Part shown: one piece after another, positions 9,203 to 19,328 of the stretch
Numbering within the stretch: the first letter of the stretch is position 1
Layout of the letters: each line of letters starts with the position of its first letter
NCBI GenBank assembly: GCA_963793265.1
Contig: CAWBZI010000001.1
Coordinates: forward strand, 448,001 to 512,000
Length of the DNA stretch: 64,000 bases
Direction of reading: 5' to 3'
DNA from: an uncultured cyanobacterium
GTDB taxonomy: Bacteria; Cyanobacteriota; Cyanobacteriia; Phormidesmidales; Phormidesmidaceae
Translations under genes and position numbers: made by a program
The notes under the pieces: generated by a model
Databases searched by the model: none
Told to the model about the DNA's origin: nothing
Seen by the model: only the letters and a program-made list of their open reading frames with translations

Positions 9203-10063
9203 ATGGTAATTTCTGCCGACCAAATTCCCGCTCAAACGCAAGATAGACAGCCTGCGCTAGAGTCGGAGATGAACCCATCGCCAATTTACGACCGTGACAG
9301 CTACAAAGGTAGCGACAAGCTGAAAGGCAAAGTTGCCTTAATTACAGGCGGCGATAGCGGGATTGGCCGCTCGGTCGCTGTTCTGTATGCCAAGGAAGGC
9401 GCAGATGTTGCAATCTCTTACTTAGACGAGCAGGGTGACGCGGAGAAGACTAAGAAAGAAGTTGAAGCGCTCGGTCAGAAGTGTTTACTACTGCCTGGCG
9501 ATCTTAGCAATGAGCAGTTTTGCCATGAAATAGTTCAAAAGACCGTTGATGAGTTTGGCCAGCTCGACGTTTTGGTGAGTAATGCGGCTGAGCAGTACAC
9601 CGAGAAAGACTGGGACGAAATTGATGCAGCCAGACTAGGCAGCATCTTCAGCACCAACGTATTCCCGATGTTCTACCTGACAAAGGCAGCGCTGCCTCAC
9701 CTAAAAGAAGGGAGCACTATCATCATCACCACTTCGATCAATGCCTACAAAGGCAACGATTCTCTGTTGAGCTATTCGACGACAAAGGGCGCGAATCTGG
9801 CGTTTTTGCGATCGCTCTCCCAGCGCGTCCTCGAAAAAGGCATTCGCGTCAACGGCGTGGCTCCTGGCCCCATTTGGACACCCTTTATTCCTGATGCGAT
9901 GCCGCCTGAGCAAGTAGAAGGCTTTGGGAAGCAGGTACCGATGAAACGTCCTGGTCAGCCCGTAGAAGTGGCGACTTGCTTTGTGTTCTTAGCCTCTGAA
10001 GACTCTTCTTATATGACGGGTCAGGTGCTGCATCCCAACGGCGGTGTTGTGGTCGGCGGATAA
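9203..10063 (+). CDS. SDR oxidoreductase (YhxC/YdaD general-stress type)
   Basis: 'ALITGGDSGIG', 'YSTTK' catalytic motif, 'VAPGPIWTP', 'GQVLHPNGG'; AGGAG before ATG 9203. Confidence 0.9.
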   Translation: MVISADQIPAQTQDRQPALESEMNPSPIYDRDSYKGSDKLKGKVALITGGDSGIGRSVAVLYAKEGADVAISYLDEQGDAEKTKKEVEALGQKCLLLPGDLSNEQFCHEIVQKTVDEFGQLDVLVSNAAEQYTEKDWDEIDAARLGSIFSTNVFPMFYLTKAALPHLKEGSTIIITTSINAYKGNDSLLSYSTTKGANLAFLRSLSQRVLEKGIRVNGVAPGPIWTPFIPDAMPPEQVEGFGKQVPMKRPGQPVEVATCFVFLASEDSSYMTGQVLHPNGGVVVGG

Positions 10064-10098
10064 GCTAATGCTGACGCTTTGAGACACTAGACTCAGCG

Positions 10099-10150
10099 CA
10101 AAACAGGCATACCCTACGGCTCTTTATAGCCTGAAGGTATGCCTGTTTTG
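10099..10150. terminator. Bidirectional terminator-like inverted repeat
   Basis: CAAAACAGGCATACC ... GGTATGCCTGTTTTG, a perfect 15-bp inverted repeat between convergent genes. Confidence 0.7.
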
Positions 10151-10171
10151 TTTAGGCTTGCTCAGTTGTGC

Positions 10172-10870
10172 CTAAACCGTCTTGAAGCTGGCAATAAGTG
10201 AATCACTGTTGTGCGCGAGCCCAGCAGCTTGGGGGCTCAAGACAAGCTGGCGCTGTTGAATCTTCAACCAGCCTTCATCTTTGAAGTCGCGTAGTAGGCG
10301 AGTGACCGTAACGCGAGTGGTACCAATAATCGTTGCGATTTGATGGTGCGTTAGGCGTAGCTTAATGCGAACGCCGCCTGGCTCTACGTGGCCAAAGTCT
10401 TGAGCGAGCTGAATGAGAACGTAGCGCAGACGGTCGGATACCAGGCGTCTGCCAGAAATAGCAAGCCAGGCTTCGGCCTGCTGAAGGCGGCGTACTATCT
10501 GAGGAAAGATGCCTGCCATCAGAGCTGAGGAAGACTCTATTTCTGCCATTGATAGGGGTAATAGATCGACCTCTGCGATCGCAGTTGCCCAGTAAGGTTC
10601 TACGCTCGTAATTACTCTGCCAAACGCCATTGAGGGGCCACAAAGGCCGACGATCGTTTCGCCACCGTCAGCGTGAATAGTATGGAGCTGAACCACGCCC
10701 CGGCAAATAATATGAAGGTCTTGATGCTGAAGCGGAATGTTGCGACCGGTAGGGTATGTGATGAGCGATCGCTCTTGGTAAAGCTGCTCTAGCAGCGAGA
10801 TAAATTGCTCGCGATAGCCTGTAGCCCTAGCAGTCTGAGTATGCGCAGAAGCAGAATTTGCCAAAGTCAA
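10172..10870 (-). CDS. Crp/Fnr family transcriptional regulator
   Basis: C-terminal HTH 'LTHHQIATIIGTTRVTVTRLL' and an N-terminal cNMP-like beta-barrel. Confidence 0.9.
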   Translation of the reverse strand: MTLANSASAHTQTARATGYREQFISLLEQLYQERSLITYPTGRNIPLQHQDLHIICRGVVQLHTIHADGGETIVGLCGPSMAFGRVITSVEPYWATAIAEVDLLPLSMAEIESSSALMAGIFPQIVRRLQQAEAWLAISGRRLVSDRLRYVLIQLAQDFGHVEPGGVRIKLRLTHHQIATIIGTTRVTVTRLLRDFKDEGWLKIQQRQLVLSPQAAGLAHNSDSLIASFKTV

Positions 10871-11031
10871 AACGGATTAGCTCCACTGGTCGGTGAACAA
10901 AGCTTTGTAAATAGCTCAGCACCATGACTGTAGTTCAATCGTTTAGATGGGGCGTTAACAGAAGGAAAAGGAAAGGTTAAGGGCCAGAAAAACGCTCAGA
11001 AGCTTGAGCACTTGTCCCTATCCAAAGTACG

Positions 11032-11445
11032 CTATTTTTCCTTACGGTGAGACACTTCGATGACGGTGTGCACATTGCCCCGCGGCAAAAAGTCGCCCTT
11101 AACCGTAACAGAGAGTGGATCGCAGGCGGCTACGAAGTCATCCATAATTAGGTTGATCGATTCTTCGTGGGAGATGTTGCGATCACGATAGCTATTGATA
11201 TACAGCTTGATTGCCTTCAGCTCCACAACTCTTTGATCGGGCACGTAGTCCACATATATCGTGGCAAAATCTGGATAGCCGGAGAAAGGGCACTTACAGG
11301 TAAACTCAGGCAGCGTAATGCTGATGTTGTATTCCCGCCCCGGCCTGGGGTTCGGAAACGTAATCAACCTGCCTTCCTGAATGGCCCTCTCTCCATACAG
11401 GGTGGCGTCTGTTGTCGCTGTGATAGCAGTGTCTTGGGTAGTCAT
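11032..11445 (-). CDS. queF: NADPH-dependent 7-cyano-7-deazaguanine reductase
   Basis: 'PEFTCKCPFSGYPDFA', 'VELKAIKLYINSYR', 'SHEE', 'PRGN'. Confidence 0.95.
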   Translation of the reverse strand: MTTQDTAITATTDATLYGERAIQEGRLITFPNPRPGREYNISITLPEFTCKCPFSGYPDFATIYVDYVPDQRVVELKAIKLYINSYRDRNISHEESINLIMDDFVAACDPLSVTVKGDFLPRGNVHTVIEVSHRKEK

Positions 11446-11480
11446 AAATGGCCGAGAGATCGTCTAAAATTGCTCACCCC

Positions 11481-12317
11481 TTAGCGTAGCAAGCTAAATG
11501 GCTCCTGACGAGTACGCCACGGTCGTCTAGTCGTCATTTTGAGATCTGCGACTTTTGGCGCGGTTACTTTCAAAATCTGGTCTAGCAAGTTTGGTGAGAT
11601 GCGGTTGCACCACACGGCTAGATGAGACTGCCAGCCCACGAGCACTTCTGACGATCCTTTGTTAATGCCACGAACACAGGCTTGCGCGACCTGTTTAGAG
11701 GTCATTGGAATCACACCTCTAAACTTCCGCAAGTCTTTCACCATGTCGGTATCGGTGAGCGAGGGCAGCAGCGTCATCACCTTAACGTTGTAAGGGGCAA
11801 GCTCCATTCGCAGCGCACGGGTAAAGCCGACGATGGCAAATTTGGTCGCTGAATAGGTAGCCATGGTGGGGGCGGCCACTTTACCCATCAGGCTAGAGAC
11901 GTTAATGATAGTGCCGCTGCGGCGAGAGGCCATGCGCCGGGCAATTAGACTCGTAACCATGTACATGCCCATCATGTTGGTGGCGATCTCTTGCTGGACT
12001 GAGGTGAAGCGCGATCGCAAAAAAGGTGTTTGATGCGCCACGCCAGCGCAGTTTACAAGCAAATCAATATCGCCATAGTCACGCCAGGCTTTGGCTACCG
12101 CAGAACTCACCACGGCCTCAGCAGTCAGATCGATTGGAATGGCTACAGCTTCAACGCCGACGTGCCTGATTTCAGCAGCAACCTGGCTAAGATGATGTGG
12201 ATTACGAGCGATGAGGATGATGCGGCGGGCTCCGTTGAGGGCGAGTTCTTGTGCGATCGCCCGCCCAATGCCTCTAGAAGCACCCGTTACCAGCGCTACT
12301 TTTCCTTGAATATTCAT
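11481..12317 (-). CDS. SDR family oxidoreductase
   Basis: 'ALVTGASRGIG', 'NCAG', 'YSATK'; likely start MNIQGK at 12317. Confidence 0.9.
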   Translation of the reverse strand: MNIQGKVALVTGASRGIGRAIAQELALNGARRIILIARNPHHLSQVAAEIRHVGVEAVAIPIDLTAEAVVSSAVAKAWRDYGDIDLLVNCAGVAHQTPFLRSRFTSVQQEIATNMMGMYMVTSLIARRMASRRSGTIINVSSLMGKVAAPTMATYSATKFAIVGFTRALRMELAPYNVKVMTLLPSLTDTDMVKDLRKFRGVIPMTSKQVAQACVRGINKGSSEVLVGWQSHLAVWCNRISPNLLDQILKVTAPKVADLKMTTRRPWRTRQEPFSLLR

Positions 12318-12404
12318 AGGCCAAAGACCTCCATATAGGCTTGTCAGTTGCACAGCAATCTTCTTGTTCTGGTTCGATTGCTGTGCAAACAAGGTGACTA
12401 GAAA

Positions 12405-12605
12405 CTACGACTGAAAAGACTGATGATTTTGTCTATTCGGCGCAGAGTTAAGCAAGGTTCTAACTGCAAAGATGCAGAGCTTAAGAGAGGTCGCTACAGC
12501 CATCTTCATAAGTAGGTGCTGTACGTAAGACACGCCATACATTAGAGCTTTCAAAGGGTTTTGAAAGAAAGAAAGCGCCCGCTGATTGACAGAGAATTTT
12601 CTCAT
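12405..12605 (-). CDS. Small hypothetical protein (66 aa) upstream of the SDR gene
   Basis: ATG at 12605 preceded by a strong AGGAGA; MRKFSVNQRALSFF... Confidence 0.4.
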   Translation of the reverse strand: MRKFSVNQRALSFFQNPLKALMYGVSYVQHLLMKMAVATSLKLCIFAVRTLLNSAPNRQNHQSFQS

Positions 12606-13034
12606 CGTAAGTAGTCTCCTGAGGTAAATGTACTGATTCGGAAAAAGTGCAGACGATGCTGTGTTCTGTTTCACTTTGTTCACTTATTTGTCATTACGTT
12701 AAGAGAACTTAATGAATGAACGCGTCCAAGCTAACAACGGGATCGATAACCTGCAACACTTTCTTATATAAGTGCATTTCCTTTACATTGCTTAATGCCA
12801 GCTCTAAGCTTTTGTCTATGCCCATAGAGAGAGGCCAGTATAGGGGTTTCAACGTTGAAGTAGGCTTGAGCGGTTGTTCTTCACAAACACTATGAGAGGA
12901 ACTTCGATTTGTGATCTGCGTCCTTAAATCGATGAGTCTTACTGTTTGTAACCACAAGCCATCAGCGCCTGCTGTAGTCAAACCGGACTCAACCCAGTAA
13001 ACTTCAGTGAATAAATCCGTAATTTATACACACC

Positions 13035-13901
13035 TTGACGTTCCCTTTGTTCCTGAAAGATCTGTGCCAGCACAGTCTGATTTTCTTTATCGTGACCGTA
13101 CTGGGTTACTTCGCTGCCGCTGGAAGCTTGTACTGGGCCTTATACGTAAGAGAAAGCTCTAAGTTCGCGCACTCAAGGGCTGCACAGTCTAAGCCTGCGA
13201 GATCTAAAGCTGCGCTTGCAGACATCTGGACTGCCATCCGCAGCGATGTCATCCTCTCTGTCTTATCTTCTGCAATTTTCTCAGTCTGCGCCGCCATAAT
13301 GACAGCTGCCTACACGCTAGGCTACACACGAATTTACTTGCAGCCTGAGCAATACGGCCTTTGGTACATCGCCTTTAGCCTGGTACTAGCCATCGTCTTG
13401 CAAGATGCTTACTTTTATTTCACGCATCGCGCGAGTCACCATCCTAAGTGCTACAAATGGCTGCACAGCGGCCACCATCACTCCAAAAACCCGACACCCT
13501 GGACAGCCTTCGCCTTCGATCCGGCAGAAGCCATGATTCAGGCCATCTATTTAATAGGAATAACGATGCTGATTCCTATGCACCTATCTGTATTGGTGGC
13601 GCTAGTGATGGTGATGACGATGGGCGCGCTGATCCATCACTTCGGCGTACGGCTATTTGCCGACTCCGCGCTGGGTCGGTGGCTGGGTAGCTGGATGGTC
13701 GGCTGCACGCATCACTGGCTGCATCACCGTAAGTACACCGTTCACTACAGCTTGTACTTCACCTTTTGGGATAGGGTGCTAGGCACGCAGTACGAGGGCT
13801 ACGAAGACGTGCTGAGTCCAAAAGCTGACGTTGTAAAGCTAAAGACTGTTTCGACGCGCAAAACAATCCCTTTTCCAGCGCCCTTTAAAAAAGCCTCGTG
13901 A
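13035..13901 (+). CDS. Sterol desaturase / fatty acid hydroxylase family protein
   Basis: His boxes 'YFTHRASH', 'HSGHHHS', 'HHWLHH', and 'YFTFWDRVLGT'. Confidence 0.9.
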   Translation: MTFPLFLKDLCQHSLIFFIVTVLGYFAAAGSLYWALYVRESSKFAHSRAAQSKPARSKAALADIWTAIRSDVILSVLSSAIFSVCAAIMTAAYTLGYTRIYLQPEQYGLWYIAFSLVLAIVLQDAYFYFTHRASHHPKCYKWLHSGHHHSKNPTPWTAFAFDPAEAMIQAIYLIGITMLIPMHLSVLVALVMVMTMGALIHHFGVRLFADSALGRWLGSWMVGCTHHWLHHRKYTVHYSLYFTFWDRVLGTQYEGYEDVLSPKADVVKLKTVSTRKTIPFPAPFKKAS

Positions 13902-13911
13902 GCAATACACG

Positions 13912-14814
13912 CTACAAGTACTTTTTTAAAAGCATCGCTAGCTTTTCCTTTGCCTCGGTCGGTGCTTTGTCTAGCGGCGTAATAATAGCGTATTTCAAAG
14001 CAGAGTGGGCCTCTGATTCGGGTGGATTCTCGCTTAGCTGGCGCACCACTTCAGCAATCACCTTCTGCGCGTTCACGGCATTCTTTTGCAGATTGCCAAT
14101 CACCATTTCCACCGTCACGCTGTCGTGATCAGGATGCCAGCAGTCGTAGTCGGTCACCATCGCTAAGGTGGCATAGGCAATTTCTGCTTCCCGAGCAAGC
14201 TTAGCTTCGGGTAGGTTTGTCATGCCAATAACAGTGGCATCCCAACTTCGATACAAATTAGATTCGGCCTTGGTTGAAAAAGCAGGGCCTTCCATACAAA
14301 CATAGGTGCCGCCTCGGTGTAGTGTCACGCCTTCCAGGTTTTGACTCTCTACAGCATCCGCTAAAACCTTTGCCAGGTTATTGCATACCGGATCGCCAAA
14401 CGAGATATGACCAACAATGCCGCCGCCAAAGAACGTAGAGGCTCTGTTTTTAGTGCGGTCGATGAACTGATCGGGCACCACCATGTCTACCGGCTTAGCT
14501 TCGGCCTTAAGGGAACCGACAGCCGAGGCCGAAATGATGTATTCCACGCCGAGCGTTTTCATAGCGTAGATGTTGGCGCGAAAAGGCAATTCGGTAGGTG
14601 TAAGCGTGTGGCCCCTGCCGTGGCGGGCTAAGAAGGCGACGGGTGTGCCTTCTATCTTGCCGACAATCAGCGCGTCAGAAGGATTGCCAAAGGGCGTTTC
14701 GATCGTTATTTCTTCGACATCTGTTAGCGCTTCCATCTGGTAGAGGCCGCTGCCGCCGATAATGCCAATTTTTACGGGGTTCTCTTGCCAGCGATCGCTC
14801 TGAACAGTCATCAA
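13912..14814 (-). CDS. mtnP: S-methyl-5'-thioadenosine phosphorylase
   Basis: 'IGIIGGSG', 'FLARHGRGH', '[12 protein letters not shown]', 'VIGMT', 'TDYDCWH'. Confidence 0.93.
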   Translation of the reverse strand: MMTVQSDRWQENPVKIGIIGGSGLYQMEALTDVEEITIETPFGNPSDALIVGKIEGTPVAFLARHGRGHTLTPTELPFRANIYAMKTLGVEYIISASAVGSLKAEAKPVDMVVPDQFIDRTKNRASTFFGGGIVGHISFGDPVCNNLAKVLADAVESQNLEGVTLHRGGTYVCMEGPAFSTKAESNLYRSWDATVIGMTNLPEAKLAREAEIAYATLAMVTDYDCWHPDHDSVTVEMVIGNLQKNAVNAQKVIAEVVRQLSENPPESEAHSALKYAIITPLDKAPTEAKEKLAMLLKKYL

Positions 14815-15028
14815 TTTTCCCTATTAGGTCGTCAAGGGGAATTTTACCGTTCTCATCGGGTCTTAAAACATTTGTCCTCAGTGTATTTTTTAGACTAAGC
14901 AAAAACACGTACGGAACCAATTTTGCCGATACCAGTGTCATAACGGTGTCATCAGCCGGTTAGCACACGTCACGAGTGCCGACACCGCTACATTCCCTGA
15001 AAATCGTCACACCTACCATTTTACAGTT

Positions 15029-16165
15029 ATGCGCTTCTCCAACTTCTCTTCTGTACTTTTCGCAACTGGCGCAATGGCCCTATCGATGCGAGCACTACCG
15101 GCTGTAGCAGCTCCTTCTACTGACTTTCGCCCAGCGCTAACGCAATCTGCTGGCATTCACGCTTCTGGCTCTCAGCCAACGGGCGTTTTGTCAGGAACCA
15201 GCCGCGAATCGCAAATGGCTGACCAGCTTGCTAATCAGGGCGTTCGCGCCTTTACGAGCGGCGACCAGGAAGCGGCGTTTGAGTACTGGGAGCAGGCGCT
15301 AGGGCTATATGAGTCGGCTAACGATTTGGCAGGTTCTGGGCGGATGTTAGAGAACTTGAGCGTAATTCATCGCCTGGCGAATCGTCCTAATGACGCGCTG
15401 ATGATGGTTGAGGGTGCGCTGGCTGTGTATGAGGAGCTAGGGACTGTAAACGAGCAGCCTAGCCTGCATTTGAATGTGGGCAGCGCTTATCGGTTGAATG
15501 GTCAGTATTCGAGAGCGATCGCTGCCTACAACACAGGTCTTGCTATCTACCAGCGCCGCAGCGACGATGCAGGCGCTCGCATCATGCTCTCACTCATCGC
15601 TCAATCCTACGCTGAGCAAGGGAGCTACGCTCAAGGCATTAGCTTTCAGGAGCAGGCGCTAGAAATTTCGCAAAAGACAGGCCATAGGGCGGCTGAAGCT
15701 GAGGCGCGCTTTGAGCTGGGCTACGCTCATATGATGGTTGAGCAGCCTGCTGAGGCGGTGGCTCATTTGCGTCCGGCGCTGGCTTTGTTTCAGCAGATGG
15801 GCGATCGCGCTCAAGAAGTCGCTACGCTCAACAACCTGGGCCGAGCCGCCGCGCTCAATCAAGACTATGCTCAGGCGCTCAGTGCCTATGAGCAGGCGCG
15901 CGCTATTTTTCAACAGATGAATAGCCCGGTGCAAGAGGCGTACCTGCTAGTGAATATGGGTCAGGCTTATGTGGGTGCAGGACAAATGGATCAGGCAATC
16001 GCCTCCTTTCAAGCAGCCGTCAACATTTCTGAAACCATCCGCCGCCAGCAGCCCGTTGCCACTCAGCTTCCCGCTCGTCTAGAGGCTGGCTACCGCAATC
16101 TATCCACCTTGCTCCAGCAGCAAAACCGCAACGACGAAGCGCGTCAGGTACTCAGCTTGATCTAG
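15029..16165 (+). CDS. Secreted tetratricopeptide repeat protein
   Basis: Signal peptide followed by about 40-aa TPR-like repeats (e.g. 'TLNNLGRAAALNQDYAQALSAYEQARAIFQQ'). Confidence 0.85.
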   Translation: MRFSNFSSVLFATGAMALSMRALPAVAAPSTDFRPALTQSAGIHASGSQPTGVLSGTSRESQMADQLANQGVRAFTSGDQEAAFEYWEQALGLYESANDLAGSGRMLENLSVIHRLANRPNDALMMVEGALAVYEELGTVNEQPSLHLNVGSAYRLNGQYSRAIAAYNTGLAIYQRRSDDAGARIMLSLIAQSYAEQGSYAQGISFQEQALEISQKTGHRAAEAEARFELGYAHMMVEQPAEAVAHLRPALALFQQMGDRAQEVATLNNLGRAAALNQDYAQALSAYEQARAIFQQMNSPVQEAYLLVNMGQAYVGAGQMDQAIASFQAAVNISETIRRQQPVATQLPARLEAGYRNLSTLLQQQNRNDEARQVLSLI

Positions 16166-16231
16166 GTCTTCTCGGATTTTTTGAAGCAGGTTACGTTCCT
16201 CCACCTCTAATACACCTTAAAAAGCCTTTGT

Positions 16232-17116
16232 TTAGACAGGCTGCTTAGGGTGTATTTTTTTGCCTTCAGTCGATTGCAGCAGCCACAGCCCCGTATAAGT
16301 GACACCTGAATCATCAGGACGCACCAGTAAAAAGTGCAGTCCCTTCGCCGCGATTTTGCGCTCTGTAAACGTTCGCGCGGCCCCAGCCACGTCTGCATCC
16401 TCAAAGGTCGCCATAATCCAGCGGTCAGAAAGCCCGGCTTCAAGCAAAAGACCGTCTGGTTTACCGGCGATGTATTGCAGCATTACGGGCTGAACCGACT
16501 GTAGCCACCGGGCCAGCATCATTGACTGTCTGCCGCCGTCGATAATGACGCCGGGAATAAGTAGAGTGCTAGGCAGTCCTAACTCTATGGGCTGAATATT
16601 TTCGGGAATGGATTGAATAGGAATCGGTTCTTGTTCTAGGCAGGTAAGGGCATCGGGGTTAATGGCGGCGAACTGCCACCGGTCGCCCATGAGGTAGTCG
16701 GCAATGGGCTGGGGGGCGGGGCGGTCTATGGCAACCGGGTCGTAGGGTTCGGCGGTGTAGTTTTGGAGGTTTTGGTACCAGACGGCTCTCTGGCGTAGCC
16801 AGCGTTTGAGGGTAGGTGTGTCGCGGGTGGGGCTGACTTTGACGGGCAGTTCGCGGCAGGCGACTTCGACAAGGCTGACGGACTGGGGACGGAAGATTTC
16901 GATGTGGTCGGGCCAGCCGTTGGCGCGATCGCACGCAATCTGCAACTGCTCTCGTATCCAGGGCGCACTGGCGGCTGACTGCGGGCAAAATTCAGTGTAG
17001 GTAAAGGAGAGCTGTGGGTCGCAAATGAGCAGTTCCCATAGCGGTTTTCCCTGCGAGTCTTTCTGTGTGTCTTGGAGGGGGCGGCGGTAAAAATCGAGCT
17101 GCCAGGAAGAGGCCAT
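16232..17116 (-). CDS. Tab2/Atab2 family RNA-binding protein (DUF1092)
   Basis: 'WQLDFYRRP..GKPLWELLICD', 'IPGVIIDGGR', 'GLLLEAGLSDRW', 'GLHFLLVRPDDSG'. Confidence 0.88.
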   Translation of the reverse strand: MASSWQLDFYRRPLQDTQKDSQGKPLWELLICDPQLSFTYTEFCPQSAASAPWIREQLQIACDRANGWPDHIEIFRPQSVSLVEVACRELPVKVSPTRDTPTLKRWLRQRAVWYQNLQNYTAEPYDPVAIDRPAPQPIADYLMGDRWQFAAINPDALTCLEQEPIPIQSIPENIQPIELGLPSTLLIPGVIIDGGRQSMMLARWLQSVQPVMLQYIAGKPDGLLLEAGLSDRWIMATFEDADVAGAARTFTERKIAAKGLHFLLVRPDDSGVTYTGLWLLQSTEGKKIHPKQPV

Positions 17117-17187
17117 GAGTAAATAGCGTTAGTATGGGTCGAATAGTCTATTGTAAAAAGTCAGTAAAAGTTAATACCAGATACACC

Positions 17188-18504
17188 ATGACTCTTGCTC
17201 TTACCCAGTTTGGCGATCGCATGTCTCACCTAACCGGGGTGCGAGCGATTATGAAAGATATTATCGAAACCTTGGAGTCAGCCAAGGCGTCAAACTCTAC
17301 TCAGGAGTTTATCAACCTCAGTGCGGGTAATCCGGTCATTTTGCCAGAGGTAGAGCAGCTTTGGCGTGACTGCACTGCTGACTTATTAGCCAGCTCAGAA
17401 TACGGCGAAGTCGTCTGTCGCTACGGCGCTAGCCAAGGCTACGAGCCGTTTATTGAAGCGATTCGTGATGACTTTAACCAGCGCTACGGGTTAAGCCTCA
17501 CCTCTCGCAATATTTTGATTACGCCCGGTAGCCAAAACCTTTACTTTTTAGCGGCAAATGCCCTTGGCGGCTATGGCTCTAACGGTCAGCTCAAAGATAT
17601 CGTGCTCCCCTTAAGCCCAGACTATACCGGCTATGGCGGTGTCACCCTCTACCCTGAGGCGCTTAAAGCGTATCGTCCTTTCATCGAGCTAGGCGAAGAC
17701 CCACACTCGTTTAAGTATCGCCCCGACTTTGATCAGCTAGAGATTAACAGCAACACGGGCTTTGTTCTGTTCTCTCGGCCCTGCAATCCGACGGGCAACG
17801 TCGTCACAGACGCCGAAGTGCAGGGCATTGTCGATTTAGCGGCTCCTCACGATGTACCCGTATTTATCGATTCGGCCTACGCACCGCCTTTCCCGGCGCT
17901 AAATTTCACTGAAATGAAACCTGTATTTGGGCCTAATATTGTGCACTGCTTGAGCCTTTCTAAGGCGGGTTTGCCGGGTGAGCGCGTGGGCGTGGCGATT
18001 GGTGATGAGAAGATTATTCAGATATTAGAGGCGTTTCAGACGAATTTATGTATTCATTCGAGCCGGTATGGGCAGGCGATCGCAGCTCGTGCCATCCGCA
18101 ACGGTGGCCTAGCTGACATTGCTGAGAACGTAATTCGCCCCCACTATCAAAGCAAATTCGCAGTGTTAGAAGAAACGCTGACCAAGCACATGCCCAGCGA
18201 AGTGCCTTGGCGATTGCACCGCGGCGAAGGTGCGATCTTTGCGTGGCTATGGTTTGAAGATCTCCCCATGACTGACTGGGAGTTCTACAACGAACTTAAA
18301 AACTACGGTGTAATCATCGTACCGGGTTCTCCGTTCTTCCCTGGGCTGAAAGAGAGCTTGAAAGGGGAAGATTGGCCTCATATGCGACAGTGCTTCCGCC
18401 TTAGCTTGACCGCGACTGAAGAGCAGCTAGTCACGGCGCTCAAGCACTTGGCGACGTTAACAGATAAGGTGTATTCGGCTCAGCCCGCGATGGCGGCAGT
18501 TTGA
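17188..18504 (+). CDS. avtA: Valine--pyruvate aminotransferase
   Basis: 'GVRAIMKDI', 'NLSAGNP', 'SRPCNPTGN', 'DSAY', PLP lysine in 'SLSKAGLPGERVG'. Confidence 0.92.
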   Translation: MTLALTQFGDRMSHLTGVRAIMKDIIETLESAKASNSTQEFINLSAGNPVILPEVEQLWRDCTADLLASSEYGEVVCRYGASQGYEPFIEAIRDDFNQRYGLSLTSRNILITPGSQNLYFLAANALGGYGSNGQLKDIVLPLSPDYTGYGGVTLYPEALKAYRPFIELGEDPHSFKYRPDFDQLEINSNTGFVLFSRPCNPTGNVVTDAEVQGIVDLAAPHDVPVFIDSAYAPPFPALNFTEMKPVFGPNIVHCLSLSKAGLPGERVGVAIGDEKIIQILEAFQTNLCIHSSRYGQAIAARAIRNGGLADIAENVIRPHYQSKFAVLEETLTKHMPSEVPWRLHRGEGAIFAWLWFEDLPMTDWEFYNELKNYGVIIVPGSPFFPGLKESLKGEDWPHMRQCFRLSLTATEEQLVTALKHLATLTDKVYSAQPAMAAV

Positions 18505-19187
18505 TGGTTATGACAAGCGAGAAGACGGAGCAGGATTGGCTGCTGATTGGCAAAATTGTGGGCGCACATGGGCTGAATGGTCATGTAAAGGTGTTTGCTG
18601 AGAGTGATTTTCCTGAGCGGTTTACGAAGCCGGGCGATCGCTGGCTGCAAAAGCCAAACAGCCGTGAACCTATCAAAGTTCGGCTGACAAGCGGTCGCTT
18701 TTTGGATGGCAAAAATCAGTATCTAGTGAAGCTAGAAGGCGTTGACTTTCGCGATCAGGCAGAGGCTTTGCGGCAGGCTCAGTTGATGGTGCCCAGGAGC
18801 GATCGCCTATCCTTAGACCCCGGCGAATTTCACGTCTCTGACTTGATCGGTTTAACCGTTGTAATGCAGTCGGATCAATCAATCCTTGGCACAGTGACTG
18901 ATGTGTTTACAACCGGGCACGACATGCTAGAAGTTTTACTTGCAGACCAAGGCGCAGAAGAACCCGTCGAAGTCAGAGAGCCATCTGAGATTTCTAACGA
19001 GATTGCGCATCCTTCCACACGAGCGAAAGCATCCAGAAAGCTGAAGCTTCAGGCTAAACGAAAGCAAAAGAAAAAAGCGCCTAAGACACTGCTCATTCCG
19101 TTTGTGGAAGAGATTGTACCAATAGTTGATATTGCCGCTGAGCGAATTGAAATTACACCACCGCCCGGTTTAATCGATTTAGCTTAG
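18501..19187 (+). CDS. rimM: 16S rRNA processing protein RimM
   Basis: 'IGKIVGAHGLNG', 'DRLSLDPGEFHVSDLIGL', 'LIPFVEEIVP.VD...IEITPPPGL'. Confidence 0.95.
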   Translation: MMVMTSEKTEQDWLLIGKIVGAHGLNGHVKVFAESDFPERFTKPGDRWLQKPNSREPIKVRLTSGRFLDGKNQYLVKLEGVDFRDQAEALRQAQLMVPRSDRLSLDPGEFHVSDLIGLTVVMQSDQSILGTVTDVFTTGHDMLEVLLADQGAEEPVEVREPSEISNEIAHPSTRAKASRKLKLQAKRKQKKKAPKTLLIPFVEEIVPIVDIAAERIEITPPPGLIDLA

Positions 19188-19328
19188 AAAAGCAGTCCCT
19201 AACTTTATACTCTAAGGAAGTCTTTCAACGCTAATCAAGGCCGAATCACGACAAAAAGTAAAGTGCTCAAAAGCGATTTAGTTCCGAATAGACTATTATC
19301 ACCATCAGTAGTTGGTTTGTATGAATGA

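Noticed and set aside
12709..12981. 90-aa minus-strand ORF in the SDR/desaturase intergenic region
   Set aside because: It has a TTG start, no clear RBS and no recognisable features; it is more likely promoter DNA.
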